Part shown: piece after piece, positions 1 through 13,260 of the stretch
Position numbering within the stretch: the stretch's first letter is position 1
Layout of the letters: each line of letters begins with the position of its first letter
Source: Lama guanicoe
Lineage: Eukaryota
DNA length: 64,000 bases
Assembly: GCA_013239625.1 (NCBI GenBank)
Contig: MU056000.1
Span: 186,001-250,000, forward strand
Reading direction: 5' to 3'
Position numbers and translations under genes: made by a program
Notes under the pieces: model-generated
Databases searched by the model: none
Told to the model about the DNA's origin: nothing
What the model saw: only the letters and a program-made list of their open reading frames with translations

Positions 1-3000
1 GCACACAGGACTCTGTGTCTGCTGAGTGGGGCTTGGCCCGGGGACGTCCCTGCTCCCTGTGACACCTGCTGTGTCTGCCCGACACAGGCCCTGGGAGCAC
101 CGCAGGGTGGGGATAGGGGGCTGAGCTTTGACGGCCCGGCCTGGCCTGTAGTTCACCCAGCATCCAGCCCAGGTCGGTTCCCCTCGTACGCTGTGCTCTT
201 TCCCTTTGGACTGGAAGTGTGTCATCTGAGGGTCCATCACCCAGACCCCCGCGGCTGGAGGCACAAGCTTAGGAAACATTTCTGGAAAAGTAAGTTTGGA
301 GGACAGCAGAGAATGGTGGGTGCCATGAGGGAGGAACTCAGGTAGGTTACCAGGAGGGTTGTGCGGGCTGGTGGCCTTCTAGGAAGAGGCGGTAGGCAGC
401 CCCCTCATCGAGTCGTCTAAGGGCCCCTTGCTGCTGCGTTCCTGCATCTGAAGTGGGGCCTTGTCCGTGCCCCCCCCATGCTGGCACCAGGACTCTCGCC
501 TGCCCCCTCTTCTCTGTGGGCAGTGGCGAGGTCCCTGCGGGTCCCGTCTCCGAATCTCTGCAGCTGCCAGGGGTCCTGTGTTCCCCCATGTGTCCCACTG
601 GCCCTGTTCAGCCGGAATTTTGTTTGGGCCCTTCCAGTGCCCACAGCGTCCTGTCGCTCCCCAAAAGCACTTGGCATTTCCTGGATTTTGGGGATGGTTG
701 CCCGGGGACTTGGCTCTGACGCACCCAGGAAAACCAGGACATCTTCGGATTGTGGGGTACTCTGTGTGACGTGGGCTGGCGTGCTTCCCAGCTCCTCTGC
801 TCCAGGCGGGAGCTGAAAGGGACAGCCCCCACAGCGGCTTGAGTTGCTCAAATTAAAAGTCAGTGCCAATGGCCAGTGGGACCTCCGAGTGGGGTCGTGG
901 GCATGCAGGTCCAGGTCAGCGTGGGCTCAGTGCCGGAGGCTGGGTCCTCGGGGCTTCAGGGAGACCAGGGGCTGTGGCCAGCTTTCTGACTTGGGGTGGA
1001 GGCCCTGTGCAGGCCTCTCACAGCCCCTCCTGTGTCCCTTTAGGGGGAGGGTTTCGGTCCCATGGGGGCCCTGCTGTGGGGATGCTGGGGAGGCCCCTGC
1101 ACCTCACCAGAGGAAAGCCCTGTGAGCGGTCAGCATCTCCCCATAGCCCTCTGTGGACCCTGCCCGGCCCCCACCGGAGCTGACACACAAGCTTGTTAGC
1201 CTAAGAGGTTATCTCTGAGATGAGGTCGCAGGAGTTTTGTTTTACTTTCCAGGTTTCCAAAGTCAGACTGAAAATGCATTGATTTTTTAGGTAGGGAAAA
1301 CTCAAATGTGTAAAACAGCAAAGAAAATCATTTCAGCACTGCTGTGGTCTTAGGTGAAATCCAGGCTCCTTGACCTAGAGGCCCAAGTCCTGCTGGCTGC
1401 TGGGTAGACAGCGCGGGTTAATGAAACCACTGCCGAAAGCCCACTAGCTTCTCACGTGAGCGAACGACCACACAAATGCACACAGCCTAAAACGACCATG
1501 CCCACGTGCGCCTGGTGTGGCCCAGGGACCCGACTTTGGATAAGGCTGAAGGAGCAGCAGGAATTCTGTCTCATCAGAGACATGCACCTCTGGAAACAAA
1601 TGAAGTAGAGCTCACAACAGCCCGGCGCGGGGGCCCGAGGTGGGGGGAGAACCCCTCGAAGGGGTGACTAGGAGGCCTCTCAGACGGCCCAGCCTTCAGA
1701 AACTCCGGACTCCAGCTCCTGGGGCTGTGTCTCCCCACACCCAGGCCCCATATCCATATCCGGGGTCTCCATCCCCATGCCCAGGGGCCTACACAGTGAC
1801 CTGTTTGGACAGCTCAGGCCAGGTTGGGGGCTGCCTGGCTGGAGCTGTCCATTCACCTTCCTCCCACAGACACTCCCACCTGCATCTGGGACTTTGGGAG
1901 GGGGCGAGTCGTTTCCTCTCTGGTCACATGCTCGGGTCCAGCTCTGCCCAGCGAGGCCAGGGTTGGCAGTCTTGGAAAGGCTCTGGTTCTGCTGTTTCCA
2001 AGAGTTGGGGCAGCTGTGCGGGTGTCCACCTGAACACCTGGTTCTTCTTAACCAGAAGCAGAGTGACTTCCCCACTTCCCCACGGATCCCACCCCCACCC
2101 TGATGCAGACGCCCAGCAGGCCTGCTGAGCCCTGGGCTGCGGGAGAGCCGGCCCCGCCTGTCACGGTCCCGTGAGATAACGACCCTGGTTTCTCTGTCAC
2201 CCTCTCTTCCCGGGGATTCCCAAGTCTGCGACCCCTTCAAACTGTACAATTTAAGAAGTCTAAAACATTTTCCTGAGTTAATTTCCTCTGTGAAGTCAGA
2301 AAAAAGTCAAGCTATAAAAATTGGATCTTAATCTGTGCTTCCTGACTCAGAAATGGGTAAACTACTTTCATCAAAGCTTCCATAAAACGTCAGCTTTGAG
2401 AAGGACGTGAACTGGAAAGTTCCAGCCTCCACGGCAACAATGACCTGAAAATTTGCTTGTAATGTTTGTGTTAGTGTTGACTTTCATACATTTTTAAAAG
2501 GCAGTGGGCGTTTTAAATTTATTTGTTTGGTTTTTGCATCAAATGAGGGCTGGCACTTCTAAGCTGTAAAGAACTTCTGTTTGGTACAAGCAGAGGGATT
2601 TTCCACTCTTGCAAATCTCACTGTCCAGAGCCCCAGTGCCTCCTTTGCAGGCCCAGTGGTCAGTCAGCTGGGCTGGCCCTCCCAGAGCAGAAGCTGGGAG
2701 ACTCACTAGGTCTGAGGGATAAGTGCCCAGAGTGGGGACCTGCACGCAGTGACCTGGTGCCCATGGTCCACCCAGGCCTGGCGTTAGTCAGTAAGCAAAA
2801 CCAAGAAGGGAAGAGGAAGCTCCTGGGGGAACCTGGAGATGCCCCGTGGCAGCGGTGCTGCGCCCCGACCCCTTCACTGCGCTCGCCTGGGCTGGGGATC
2901 TGCTTCACCCCAGCTGGTGGGCAGGTCCAGAAGCCCTCGCTTCGTGAGCCATGTCCCAAGACCCCCTCCCAGGATGCTGTGTTTGTTGCCATGTTAGAAG

Positions 3001-3117
3001 TGAAGGGCTCCTTGAGACTGTTAACGATCTTGTGACCCGGCAGTGGAGTGTATGCGATTATTAAGCTAAATCGTACCAATTTTCAGCTTTCACTGAAGTT
3101 ATCCTTCCCTGATGAGC

Positions 3118-3406
3118 CCTGTGATGGGCAGGTGTTGTCCCCACTGTGGCTAGACCGGAGACGGGGCCTCTAGGCTGTCATCAGGGTGGAAGGAGGTCCT
3201 GGAGGATCAGCGTCTGCGTAAGAAGAGGCCCCAGGGCTCTGCCTCGCTCTCTGTCCTGTGCGCTCTGCCCCGTGCGAAGGCAGAGTCAGGAGGTGGCTGT
3301 CTGTAGCCCAGAGAAGAGCCCTGGCTGGAAGCTGAGCGTGGGCTTCTGGCCTCCAGACCATGAGAAAGTAAGTGGGGTTTTGTCAGAGCAGTCGAGGGCC
3401 TAAGAG
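3118..3406 (+). mobile_element. MaLR solo LTR remnant (MLT1/MST-like)
   Basis: ggggcctctagg...gtaagaagaggcccc...gtggctgtctgtagcccag...cttctggcctccagaccatgagaaa...gcagtcgagggcctaaga follows the recalled MLT1 layout; boundaries approximate. Confidence 0.65.
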
Positions 3407-4699
3407 GCCGTGTGGTGAGGAGGGAGGGTTGGGGCCTGAGTGTCCTCTCTGCATGTGGAGCACTCGGGGGATCCCTCCCCACTGGGGCTGTGAGGTGGTC
3501 TGGCGCAGCATTCACCTTCCAGCTATTCAGCTGCTGCGGGAGCCCCTTCCCTCATCACTGTCACTTCCTGGAAGACAGCCTCCCCTCCCCGGGCCATTTC
3601 CAGCACAGACACACTTGTCCTGGGTCTTGTCAGGGCATTCAGAGCAGGGAGCCGGCCCTGCTGTGTGGACACCGCCTCCTACCCCGGGCCCCAGGCAGAA
3701 AGATCACCCTGGGTCATTTCGTGCTTGTTTTGTTTCTCCCATAATCTCTTAATTGTTTCCGAGTCTGGCCCGGGGAGGGGAAGGCGTTGGTTCCCTCACT
3801 TATTTGTCCACTCTGCTGGTACCAGCGTCCATCGAGGGCACATCTGCTCAAGGCCAGCAAAAAGCAGCTTTGGCTTCTCCTCTCGCTGCCCCTGGGTGGA
3901 CTGGAACAGCCTAGACTCTTTTGGTGCTTTCTGGGTAATTTAGTGTCTTCCAGGCACTGATACTAGTGTGATCAGTCTGGCCAAGCAGTTAAAACTCTAA
4001 AAGCATTTCAAGTGTGAGCCTTCTGCCCGCCCGCAATGGTGTTCCAGCCGGTGGGGCCGGGGGTGCACGAGGCTGCTCCTCCCTGGGGTCCAGCCTCACT
4101 GGCAGCCTTCCTTCCTTAGCCTGGGTGTCATATGGTGCCTCTAGCCTCTTCTGAGGTGCCCTGGCTCACTCGAGGACCTGGGACACCCCAGGCCAGCGTT
4201 TAGACACTGTGGTCCATTTGCTCCACAGGAAATTAGCATATTTGACCCACCATGGTTGGCATGAGGTACTTCCCACGCTCAGCCCAACTTGGGTTTCTTG
4301 AGTGTAGAGACACACCAACCTCCAGTGCCCCAGCAGCCCCAGGAGGCACACGGCGGGCCCTTGAGGAGCCATCATGAAGCCCCTCTCACTGGGCACCAGG
4401 CAAGGAGGGACCTCCACCCCCCACCCTCCTCCTGATGCACAGCACAGCCCTCCAAGGAAGCCCTCCTCCCGGCCTCGAGCACCTCTCACCTCTGGTGCCT
4501 CCTTTGCAGCCTTGCTGAGGTCACTTGGGAGCTCACTTTGGGCCACACGTGTAGTTGGCACCTGTCATCTTGGGTCCTTGGCTCAGATTCAGACGGAAAA
4601 GTTCCATATTAACAACCTGTTATAATGCAAGTAAACAGAAGAGCTGCATGGTTCCCACCTCCTGGAATTTAGAGTCAAGTGGGGAAGATCTGCCACCAA

Positions 4700-7592
4700 A
4701 CACACAGTCTCTTCCACTTTCACCAGGCACAGTGGAGAGCACAGTCAGCCTTCCTACCATAACACCCAAAATACAAGGTAGAATCTTTGAAACCTTTCAA
4801 AATGTACCGACCAGCCATCAGGAAATTAAGGAATACTCATAGACCAATAACTAAGTGCAGCTGAGAACCCAAAGAGAACTTATTAAAGGAAATTGTCAAG
4901 GATGTACTTCATGCAGAAGAAAGAGTAGATTTGGCTTGCAAGAAGGAATGAGGGAGAAGGTGGTGACTATATGTGTCAATCAAGGTAAACATTGATTGTA
5001 TAGAACAATAATAACGGCATACTGGAAGAACAAAAAAAAAAAGAAAGAAAGAAAGAAAAGTTCCGAGCTCTGATAGCACATACATTTGAAGAGGCATGTT
5101 TGAGTTAAGATTCCAACAGTTCTTGTATTAATTAATTTTGGAAGTTGATGAGCTAATTCATAATAAAATTTCCGGGATAACCATCAAAACAAGAGAAAGG
5201 AGGTTTAACTTTGAAACTTGTGGAGAGAAAAAAGTGGAATGAGAAAATACAACCAGTCAAAAGAAAAATAGACAAGAAAGAGAAAAAGGAAATGTGAAAG
5301 AGTGGATCAAATAAAAAGCACAAAATGCCATGTGTCACTAGTTACAGCAAATGTAAATGGACTAAAGATGTCAGCTAAAAGATAAGGATTATTAGAGTGA
5401 ATTACTCTGTTACTCTTTTGTTTACAAAAGGCACAAAAAGATACAATGGGAAAAAAGTACTAACTGAAAGAAATCTGATGAAGCTATACTAACATAAAAA
5501 ACTGATTTGGGGTGAAAAACGTTACTGGAGATCATGAAAGAGTATCATTCAATAATTAGTAATGACGAAAATTTTTATTTCATCAAGCAAATACGAATCT
5601 TAAATTTGTGTGCTTCTAATAACATAACCTCGAAAGTATAAAACGTCGACAGGACTGCAAGGAAAAACATATGAATCATCATCGGAGAGAAGATGTTAAA
5701 CAGTTCTCTCAATATTTAATACATCAAATAAATAAAATTAGTAAACATTACAGAAGATTTGAAGAATACAAAAATGGTTAATCTAATGGACGTACAGAAG
5801 CACTACACTCTGAAACTCAGAGTTCGCATCGTTTCAAGCCCACGTGGAACTTGTAAATATATTGGAACCTGTTAGTCCACGAGCAAGTCTCAGTAGCTCT
5901 CAAAAGACAAAATCATGAAGAACATATGATGAGCCCTCAAGGCAGCTAAGCTGGAAATCCATGAAAAAAGATGAATTGAAAGCCCTTATATTTAGAAATA
6001 AAAACTTTTGTAAATAACGTAGATCAAAGAAGAAAACATGATAAAATTTAGAAAATATTTACAAGTCAAAATACGTGGGATGCAGCTAATGCAATACTTA
6101 GAAATAAATAACCATTAGTGTTTATTTGTAAAAGGAAAAAGGCTGAAACTCAGTGAGCTAAGCATTATGTTCATTAATTTTGATAAAGAAAAGCAAAATA
6201 AATAAAGGGAGAATCGAAGGAAGGAAATAATAAAGGAGAAGATATTGGTGAAATAGAGGAGAAACGTACAACAGAGTTCCTTTAAAATGATAAAACCACA
6301 AAGGTCTGGGGAGACGAGCACGGGAAACAGCAAACGGTATTAAGAATGTGAAGGGAACACGATTACAGAGGCTGCAGGTGTTCAACGATGACCTGAGCTT
6401 TTTATGAACAAATTCACACCAATAAATTTGAAAGCATAAGTGTATAAGTGCCTAGAAATATAGCTTATTAAAATTGACTGGAGAAGAAATAGAAAACCTC
6501 AGTAGTCACATGACTGTTGGAATCAGTGTTAAAATCCTTCCACGGAGAAGATCTAGGCCAAGATCGTTTTAAAGCAATTTCTACCAAATGCGAAAGGGAA
6601 GACTCAGTCTGTCTGTGCTGGACCATGAGGTGCAGGATTGGAACTGGAGGCACTGGTGAACTCACCACTGTGTGTTTGCTGGCGTCGTCCACTGACGGCT
6701 CCTCCCACCCCCACAGCAGACAGCACAGCTCACACTCAGTTTCCAGACGAAAAGGAATGGTGCTCTTTGGCCTCCTTCCAGAGTCAGAGCAGAGCAAAGA
6801 TAAGAGGAGCTGCGATGATGGTGCTGGAGAGCTCACCGTGCTCGGGCGAGACGGAGACGAGCCTGGGACACAGAGCTGGCCTGCGGGGACCCCCGGCCAG
6901 CTCTGGGGCAGTGTCAGCACTAAGGTGGGCAAGGGTGGTGATGGAGTACAAGCCAGCGAGTGAAACAGGATTCCGTAAGTCCCCACTGATGTGAATGAAT
7001 GAATGAACAAATCCGACCAGGAGAGGGGATTCCACACAGCTGACTGAAGAGAGAAGAGGCGGATTATAAAGTCACCAGCTGGTAACCACTGTAGTAATAA
7101 TTCAGGCAAGAAACATCAGTGGATGCTAAAATTAGGGGTGAAAGCGGCATGAGAAAAGGAGCTTTTAAACTTGAACTGCCTCCCAACAAAATATGAATTA
7201 ACTACAAAGGGAAAAACCATGGAGTAGGGAAGCCCAGCACACACCATCCTAGTGACCAAACGTGACCCCACCGCTGTTCCTGGAAGAAACTGACCTCATG
7301 TGCCAGCCTGCAGGATGCGTGAGGACGCGGCTCCCCTTTGTGCTGGTCCCACTGAACATCCTGGCACACCAGCAAACCCAGGCTGAGGGGCAGCTGGCAA
7401 GAGAGCTTGTCCTGTCGTGAGTCGAGGAGAGACCAAGGAGCCTCTGGACAGAGGGAAGCGGAGCCTTGGGACTGACCTTGGCAGAGAGGAGGCTGTGGGA
7501 CAGTCGGTGAGGCCCAGCGGGGTCTCTGGGCAGAGGGACCAGGTGTCCTCCTTGTAACTTTCCTGCAAGTTTGACAGTGTCTCAAAATAAAA
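4700..7592 (+). mobile_element. Old degraded LINE-1 (ORF2 remnant plus L1MC/MD-type 3' end)
   Basis: A-rich sense strand; aatgtaaatggactaaa (EN NVNGL-like) at ~5349; ends ttgtaactttcctgcaagtttg...tcaaaataaaa at ~7552-7592; no long ORF. Confidence 0.75.
5031..5060 (+). repeat. A-rich / (AAAG)n microsatellite
   Basis: caaaaaaaaaaagaaagaaagaaagaaaag. Confidence 0.85.
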
Positions 7593-10189
7593 CACAAATG
7601 AACAGAGAAAACTGCAAATCTGAGAAGTTGCTAAGGGTGTGAATGGAGGGAGCTCCGGAAGAGCTGGTGGGAAGAGCGCGTCCCGGGGAGCAGGGTGTGG
7701 GCAGAGCAGTGGTGGGAGGGGCGGAGGGGACAGCAGGGGGCAGGACAGGGTGCGGGAGGGGTGGGCGTGGCCGCTGGGCTGAGCCGCTGTCGGGAGAGCT
7801 TGGCGATACTTGAACATCTAGAGGCACCCGGCATTTTCAGGGGCACCTGGCATTTTCGGGCGCCAGCGCTTTTGCAAGAGGAGTGAGCACAGCGGTGTCT
7901 TCTCACAGCCACGTTTCCACTGACTGTTTCACAGACGGGGCGGCGTCGGGGTCAGGCGGGGAGCAGGCAGTGGGATGGAGAGCCGGGAGGGCTGGGAGGG
8001 GGCTCCTGGGGGCTGGTGACCCACTCACCTGCAGCCTTCTCATGTCCGGCCCTGCTGGTCACTGTTCTCCTGGCGTTTGCTCAAAGTCACCCCCTGAGGA
8101 GGCTCCTCCAGCCGCATGGGGACCCTCTACCTGCTGTTGTCCTCAGTGCTGGGCTGTGTCCCCCGTGGTCTCCATGTGTGCGGCCGGGGGGCTGAGGAGA
8201 TGCATGGCTGCATGGGAGAGTGAATGACCCTGGCTGCAGGAGGCCCCTGGTGCCTGGGCGGCCTGGGGCACTGAGACCTTCCACCTCCTAGTGCTCAGCT
8301 CACTGCCTGTGGGCAGTGGGCCAGGCAGGACCTGATCAGAACTGATCACATGTGATTGATTTGTGAGTAAACTGGATGCTGGTGACTGACAGGCAGACAA
8401 GCTCCAAGTCCCTTGATGTGCAAACTCAAGGTTACATGCCTGGAGGCTTCTTTACAAGTCTACTTACAAATTCATAACTTATACGTGGATCAGACCCATG
8501 ACAGCCACGCTGGGGGCTCCTCCCGAGCACAAGACCCCAGGCTTGTCCTCCCTGGAGCTGCCCCTACGACAGGCTGGGTGTGGCCCCTCGAGCTGCATCC
8601 ACCTGGGGTCCCCAACTCGGTGTCACTGCAGACGCCGTGCTTATCGTGACACCTGCTGCTGTGAGGTTGCTAAGGGAGTAACTTTTTGTTTTTGGTTTTG
8701 TCTGGCTTTACAAAACGTTTCTGCCCCTCAGCCCGACACTGGTGCACTTTCCTTCTGATTGTGGACACTTAACAGGAAGCCCGAATGGTCTACCTTGTCT
8801 ACAACGAAGAGCACATGGGTCCAAAATGCATGTAAATAAGATCCCTTTTCCTTTTCTCCCTAATGAGCGCTTTCTGGTTGCATCTTGCTCTGCAACCTGA
8901 GGATTGAAGTAGACAGCGGTTTCCTCTGCAGGACGCCTGGTGGCATCACCACGGAGCCCTGGGCTCCCAGCCCACCAGACCTCAGAGCAAGGTGAGAAGC
9001 GCACTCCTGTGACCAGAGAACTGTGGGCGCAGCCGGTGCTGCCTCCCCACCGTCGGGGGCTGGGGAAATGCAGCTATCCTGGCGCTTTTTGAGCCACAGT
9101 GAAGTGTGAAACCTCTAAAGCTTGCCAGGTCATTTTGGAAAATAGGGAAGTTATTTCTGTAGAAAATCAACAAGTTGATGAACTACACATCTTGGGGTTG
9201 CCTCGTTTCCTAAGTATCACCTCTGCACGAGGCGAGCATGCTGATTCACACTCCTGACGTTTCTTCTTGCCTGACTGAACCTGGGGCTCTGAAAGGCAGT
9301 TTTCATCCCTCTCCCCATGAGCCTCAAGCGCAGGCTTTGGAAGGACGCACACCCTCACTTGCAGCCGCCTCCCTGGGAGGTCAGAGAAGAGCTTGCTGGT
9401 CTGGCTTCTGCAGTCTTATTCGCAAGTGCTTCCTCTCACCTTCCCGTGGGACACCCTAACCCTGGACCCATCCGTTCTCAGCAGCCCAAGTGCAGAGAAC
9501 AAGCTGTTTAGAAGGAGACTGAGAGCCCCGAGTCTCCTCTGCAAACACAGTTTGCAGCCGTCAGGAGTCGGCAGGCGGAACTCTCTTCCAGCACGGAAGT
9601 CATGTCTCTTCCAAACGCAAAACAAGGAGTTTCTTTTTCAGTTCTTGAAAGTAAGGGGAGGAGAGTTTGGAACCGGGGGGTGATCCATAAATTTGACGCC
9701 AAAATTGCAGAGGGCTTTGTAGGCACAGCTGGGCTGGGGGGGCACGGGTCAGAGGCCAAGCACCAAGCCCTCCCCCTCCCTTCCCTGGAGTGCCCCCCAC
9801 CGCTCCCGCCCTCCTGCCAGGCTGGGTCGCTGAGTCCCCTCCACAGGCTGCCCTCCCTTCCAGGGACGCACAAATAGGCCCAGTCTTCACGGAGCGAGTG
9901 GCTGTCGGGAGAGGTGCGCTGGGGCCCCGCAGGGCTCCTGTCAAGTCCAGGACAAATGTGGCTTCGGGGCCCCCAAGCATTGCCACCAAGGCCACCCGGA
10001 GGGGGCCTGGCAGTGGGGGCAGGGGTGAGTGGAGCCAGCTGACATCCCGGCCATTCCGAGTGGACGACCCTCCACGTGCTGGACCTCTCTGTCTCACAGG
10101 AGGGCATGCCAGCCCCGCTGGTGACAGGAGGGCCCACCAGCAGGTCACGCTCGCCTGGCCCCAGGCCCCGGCCACCTGCAGCCCATGAG

Positions 10190-10450
10190 CGGCCAGTGCA
10201 CAGCCGCCAGGGACCTGGCCCGCAGGTGACTCCCGTCTGTCGGCTCCTCTGCTCCAGGGCCAGGTTCTGCTGAGGACCTGCTTCTGGGTGGTCCTCGCAC
10301 AGGGGAAGGGGCGAGGCAGCGCCCTGAGGTCTCTGATGATGGCACGAATGCCATCCACGAGGCTCCTGCCCACACGACCCAGAGGCCCCTCCTGGCACCA
10401 TCACTGTGGGGATCAGGTTTCCACACAGGAATCTGGGCGTGTCCACAGGC
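10190..10450 (-). mobile_element. MLT1A-like solo LTR remnant
   Basis: Minus strand reads cccagattcctgtgtggaaacctgatccccacagtgatggtgccaggaggggcctctggg...gcctcgccccttcccctgtgcgaggac, matching the recalled MLT1A pattern. Confidence 0.65.
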
Positions 10451-12559
10451 CACCTCTCGGGGTTGGTGCTGAGCTGGTGGCAGTAAGATGCAGGGGTGGA
10501 CCGTTAGGCCGTGTACCAGGCCCCTGCCGCCCAGGCCCTACCCGGGGCTGGCAGGTGTGTGGCCCTCACAACAGCCCAGCCCCATCCTGCGGGGGCACTG
10601 ATCCCTGCTCTGAGCTGTGCCCCTCTGCTAAGCAGGCCTCTAAGGGGTCCGGGCTGGAAGTGGGCAGAAATGGGAGGCCTCCTGCTCCTTGGGGCCCCCA
10701 TAGGGCCTCAAGCTCATTTATGTCCCCTCCACCCTGACCTCTGAGCACAGTGCAGAGGGGAGTAGGTGGTCACGCCAGCCGTCTCCAGAGGACAAGTGTG
10801 CATGGCGGCTCTGAATTGAGGGCCTAGGAGCCAGTTTGCTGCTGGAGCAGGGCTGGAGGTGGGTGGCCTAGGTGGCGTTGCCCAGAGCACGGAGGTCAGG
10901 ACATAGTGCAGAGCCTGGGGTTCTCCACTCGACACTGAAATAGTGCCAGGTTTTACCAGACATGTGTTCATCCAAAGCAGGGGCTGGACTGTGGACACAG
11001 ACCTGTCTGCTCCAGGAGCTGCAGCTGGTCAGAATCGGGTTTCACCCAGCCTCCTGTGGTGCTCCTGGCTTCTCTCTCAGTCACCTGGGTAGCAGAAGTC
11101 CTGCACCCCAACCCCTGGACATCCCACATGCAGTGCATCCCACACACTGGGCTCACTTGTCCTGTCCCCTGAGGAGTTGGCTTCACCTGAGCTGGGAGCA
11201 AAGTGGCTGCCACCTCTTGGGCATCACAGCACCATCCAGAGGCAGAGACAGTGGAGTCATCTGGTTCCTCCCCTGAACACTTGGCACCTCTCAATGGCTA
11301 GACCTCTGAGCAGCTGCTGGAGGGGCTGGGTCCCTGTGGCACATGGCTCGGCCCAGGTTGGCAACCTGCCCTGAGTCTCCTCTGTGTGAAGGACACGGAG
11401 GTCCCTTAGCAAGGAAGTCGGGTACCAGGTTGGGGCTGGCGGGGTGTGGTAGCTTCACTCTGAGCCCCGAAGGGAAGCGGCCTTTCCATTCTCATCCCCA
11501 CCCCTCATGGGTGTGTGAGTAGCGGACGCACGGGGACAGCCACTGTCTCTGTGACAGTGCCTCAGATTCTGTCTGTTCCGAGCGGACCTTTCAGGGGTGC
11601 AGGAGTCAGTGAAGTGGGAGAAGGGTTAATTCTGCAGCCAGTTGGTGGGTAGTTTAGACTGTACAGGGAGATCCTGCAGTATGGCTGAAGTTCAGGGAAG
11701 CGGTGAGGGCTGGGCCCAGGCGGGTCTCAGGGATCAGGCAGGAGCCTGTTCATTTTGGGGCGTGGGCAGCCCTGGCCATGCCTCCTCTTCTGCCTTGTGA
11801 CCTGAGCTCTGTCTGCAGAGCCAGTGCCCAAAGCCAGCCCCAAGCTCTGCCCAGGGCAAGGACAGCTGCGGTGGGGCCAGGGGTCTTGGCAGCCCCCCAC
11901 CTCCCACTGCCACTCAGAAGCCAGCTGGGCGGGAAGAGGGCTGGCCGCCCGCAGGGTGTGGCTGGTGGGATATAGGTGCTGGCGGAAGCCCATCTCAGCT
12001 GGCTTGGCCCCATTCTGGGGACAGCACAGGGTCAGCGGGTGGGGGCAGCAGCTTGCCGGGGCATGAGGCCCTTGGACACGGACGGGCATCTGCATGCCTG
12101 GCTGGACCAGAGGTAATTCCTTGAGCGCTGGGCCTTGGGGGCCCTCTCACCCCTGGAACATCCCTCCTCTCCAGGCCTTGGTGGCCCCTTTCTCTCCACA
12201 CTTTTGCAAACTCCCTGATGGACACCCCTGCACCTGCTCCCTGCCAGCTTCTCTCCCTGGCCTGTTACCACGGGCAACCAGGTGCAGATGGTGGGGGGCC
12301 GGGGGCTGAGACGGTGGGCTTGCCCCTTGTCGCAGTGGAATCCAGGTGGAGAAGCGGTGGGGCTGGGATCTCTCTCCAGAGGCCTCCTCCACACACAGCC
12401 CCCGCCTCCCCACCAGCTCCCCACTCAGGGGGGCTAGACCCTCTTCCAAGTCAGATCCTCAGGTGACGCCCATGGTCACAGGGAAAGGAGAGAAAGGGTG
12501 AGATGAGGTAGCAGGCCCTGGTGACTGGGCAGAGCTGAGGCCTGACGGAGCTGCTGGGA

Positions 12560-12820
12560 GCAGCAGGCTGCTTCCCCCATCCCTGGGGCTGTTCCCCTCC
12601 AGCTGCCTCCCCACTGGGTGTTTCCCACACCCTCCTGCTCCCCCAGCTGAGCTGCTCCCACCCCACTGCTCCCCCTCCACTGGGCTCCTCCCACCCTGCC
12701 AGCGCTGCTCCCCCAACACTGGGCTGTCCCCCTCCCCCCACTGCTCTGCTCACCCTCCCTGCTGCTCCTCCCCCTTCTGCCTGGCTGTCCCCCCTAATCC
12801 AGGCTGCTCCCCCTACCTCC
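12560..12820. repeat. Degenerate C-rich tandem repeat (CTGCTCCCC-like units)
   Basis: Recurring ctgctcccc / gctgtcccc / ccactggg motifs; strongly C-skewed. Confidence 0.6.
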
Positions 12821-13106
12821 ATTCTGTGCCATTGCCACAGTCCACCTGTGAGAGGACTGACACCCCCCAGCCCATGAGCCCTGGCTGTGACCCCCACCCC
12901 CACTGGAGTTGTTGCCTTGTGCCAACTTCCTTGCACCCCTGAACTGGGCGACCTGGAAGGAGGTGGGGCAGGGCTGTCACTCAGATGGGTTTTCGGGAAG
13001 GCTGCCCCCAGCCCTGGCTGGGCCTGCAGGACAGCCTCCGAATCACATTCGGTTTCTTCTTGTCTCACCACAGGCCTGGGGGTGGGGCGCGCTGGCGGCC
13101 CTGCTC

Positions 13107-13260
13107 GCACGCGAGGCCCTGGCCGGGGTCCAGGCTGCTGTCACTGCTGTGCTGACGCCCCATCGCGTGACAGGAGCCCGAGGAGGCCCTGCCGGGCGTG
13201 CCCTGCGGAATGTGGCTGCGGAGGAGGGAAGTGGGGGTGCCTGGCCAGGGTGCACGCGAT
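13107..13260. promoter_or_regulatory. Cluster of consensus XRE/DRE (TNGCGTG) sites; candidate AHR-responsive intronic enhancer
   Basis: TCGCGTG at 13108-13114 (-), 13163-13169 (+) and 13253-13259 (-); GGGCGTG at 13194-13200 (+). Confidence 0.6.

Noticed and set aside
6468-7109. 213-aa and 148-aa ORFs
   Set aside because: Lie inside the degraded L1 region; no domain or splice support.
9508-10737. Long overlapping ORFs (312 aa and 257 aa on the minus strand)
   Set aside because: Pro/Gly/Arg/Ala-rich with no recognisable domain, partly translated from an MLT1 remnant; expected by chance at this GC content.
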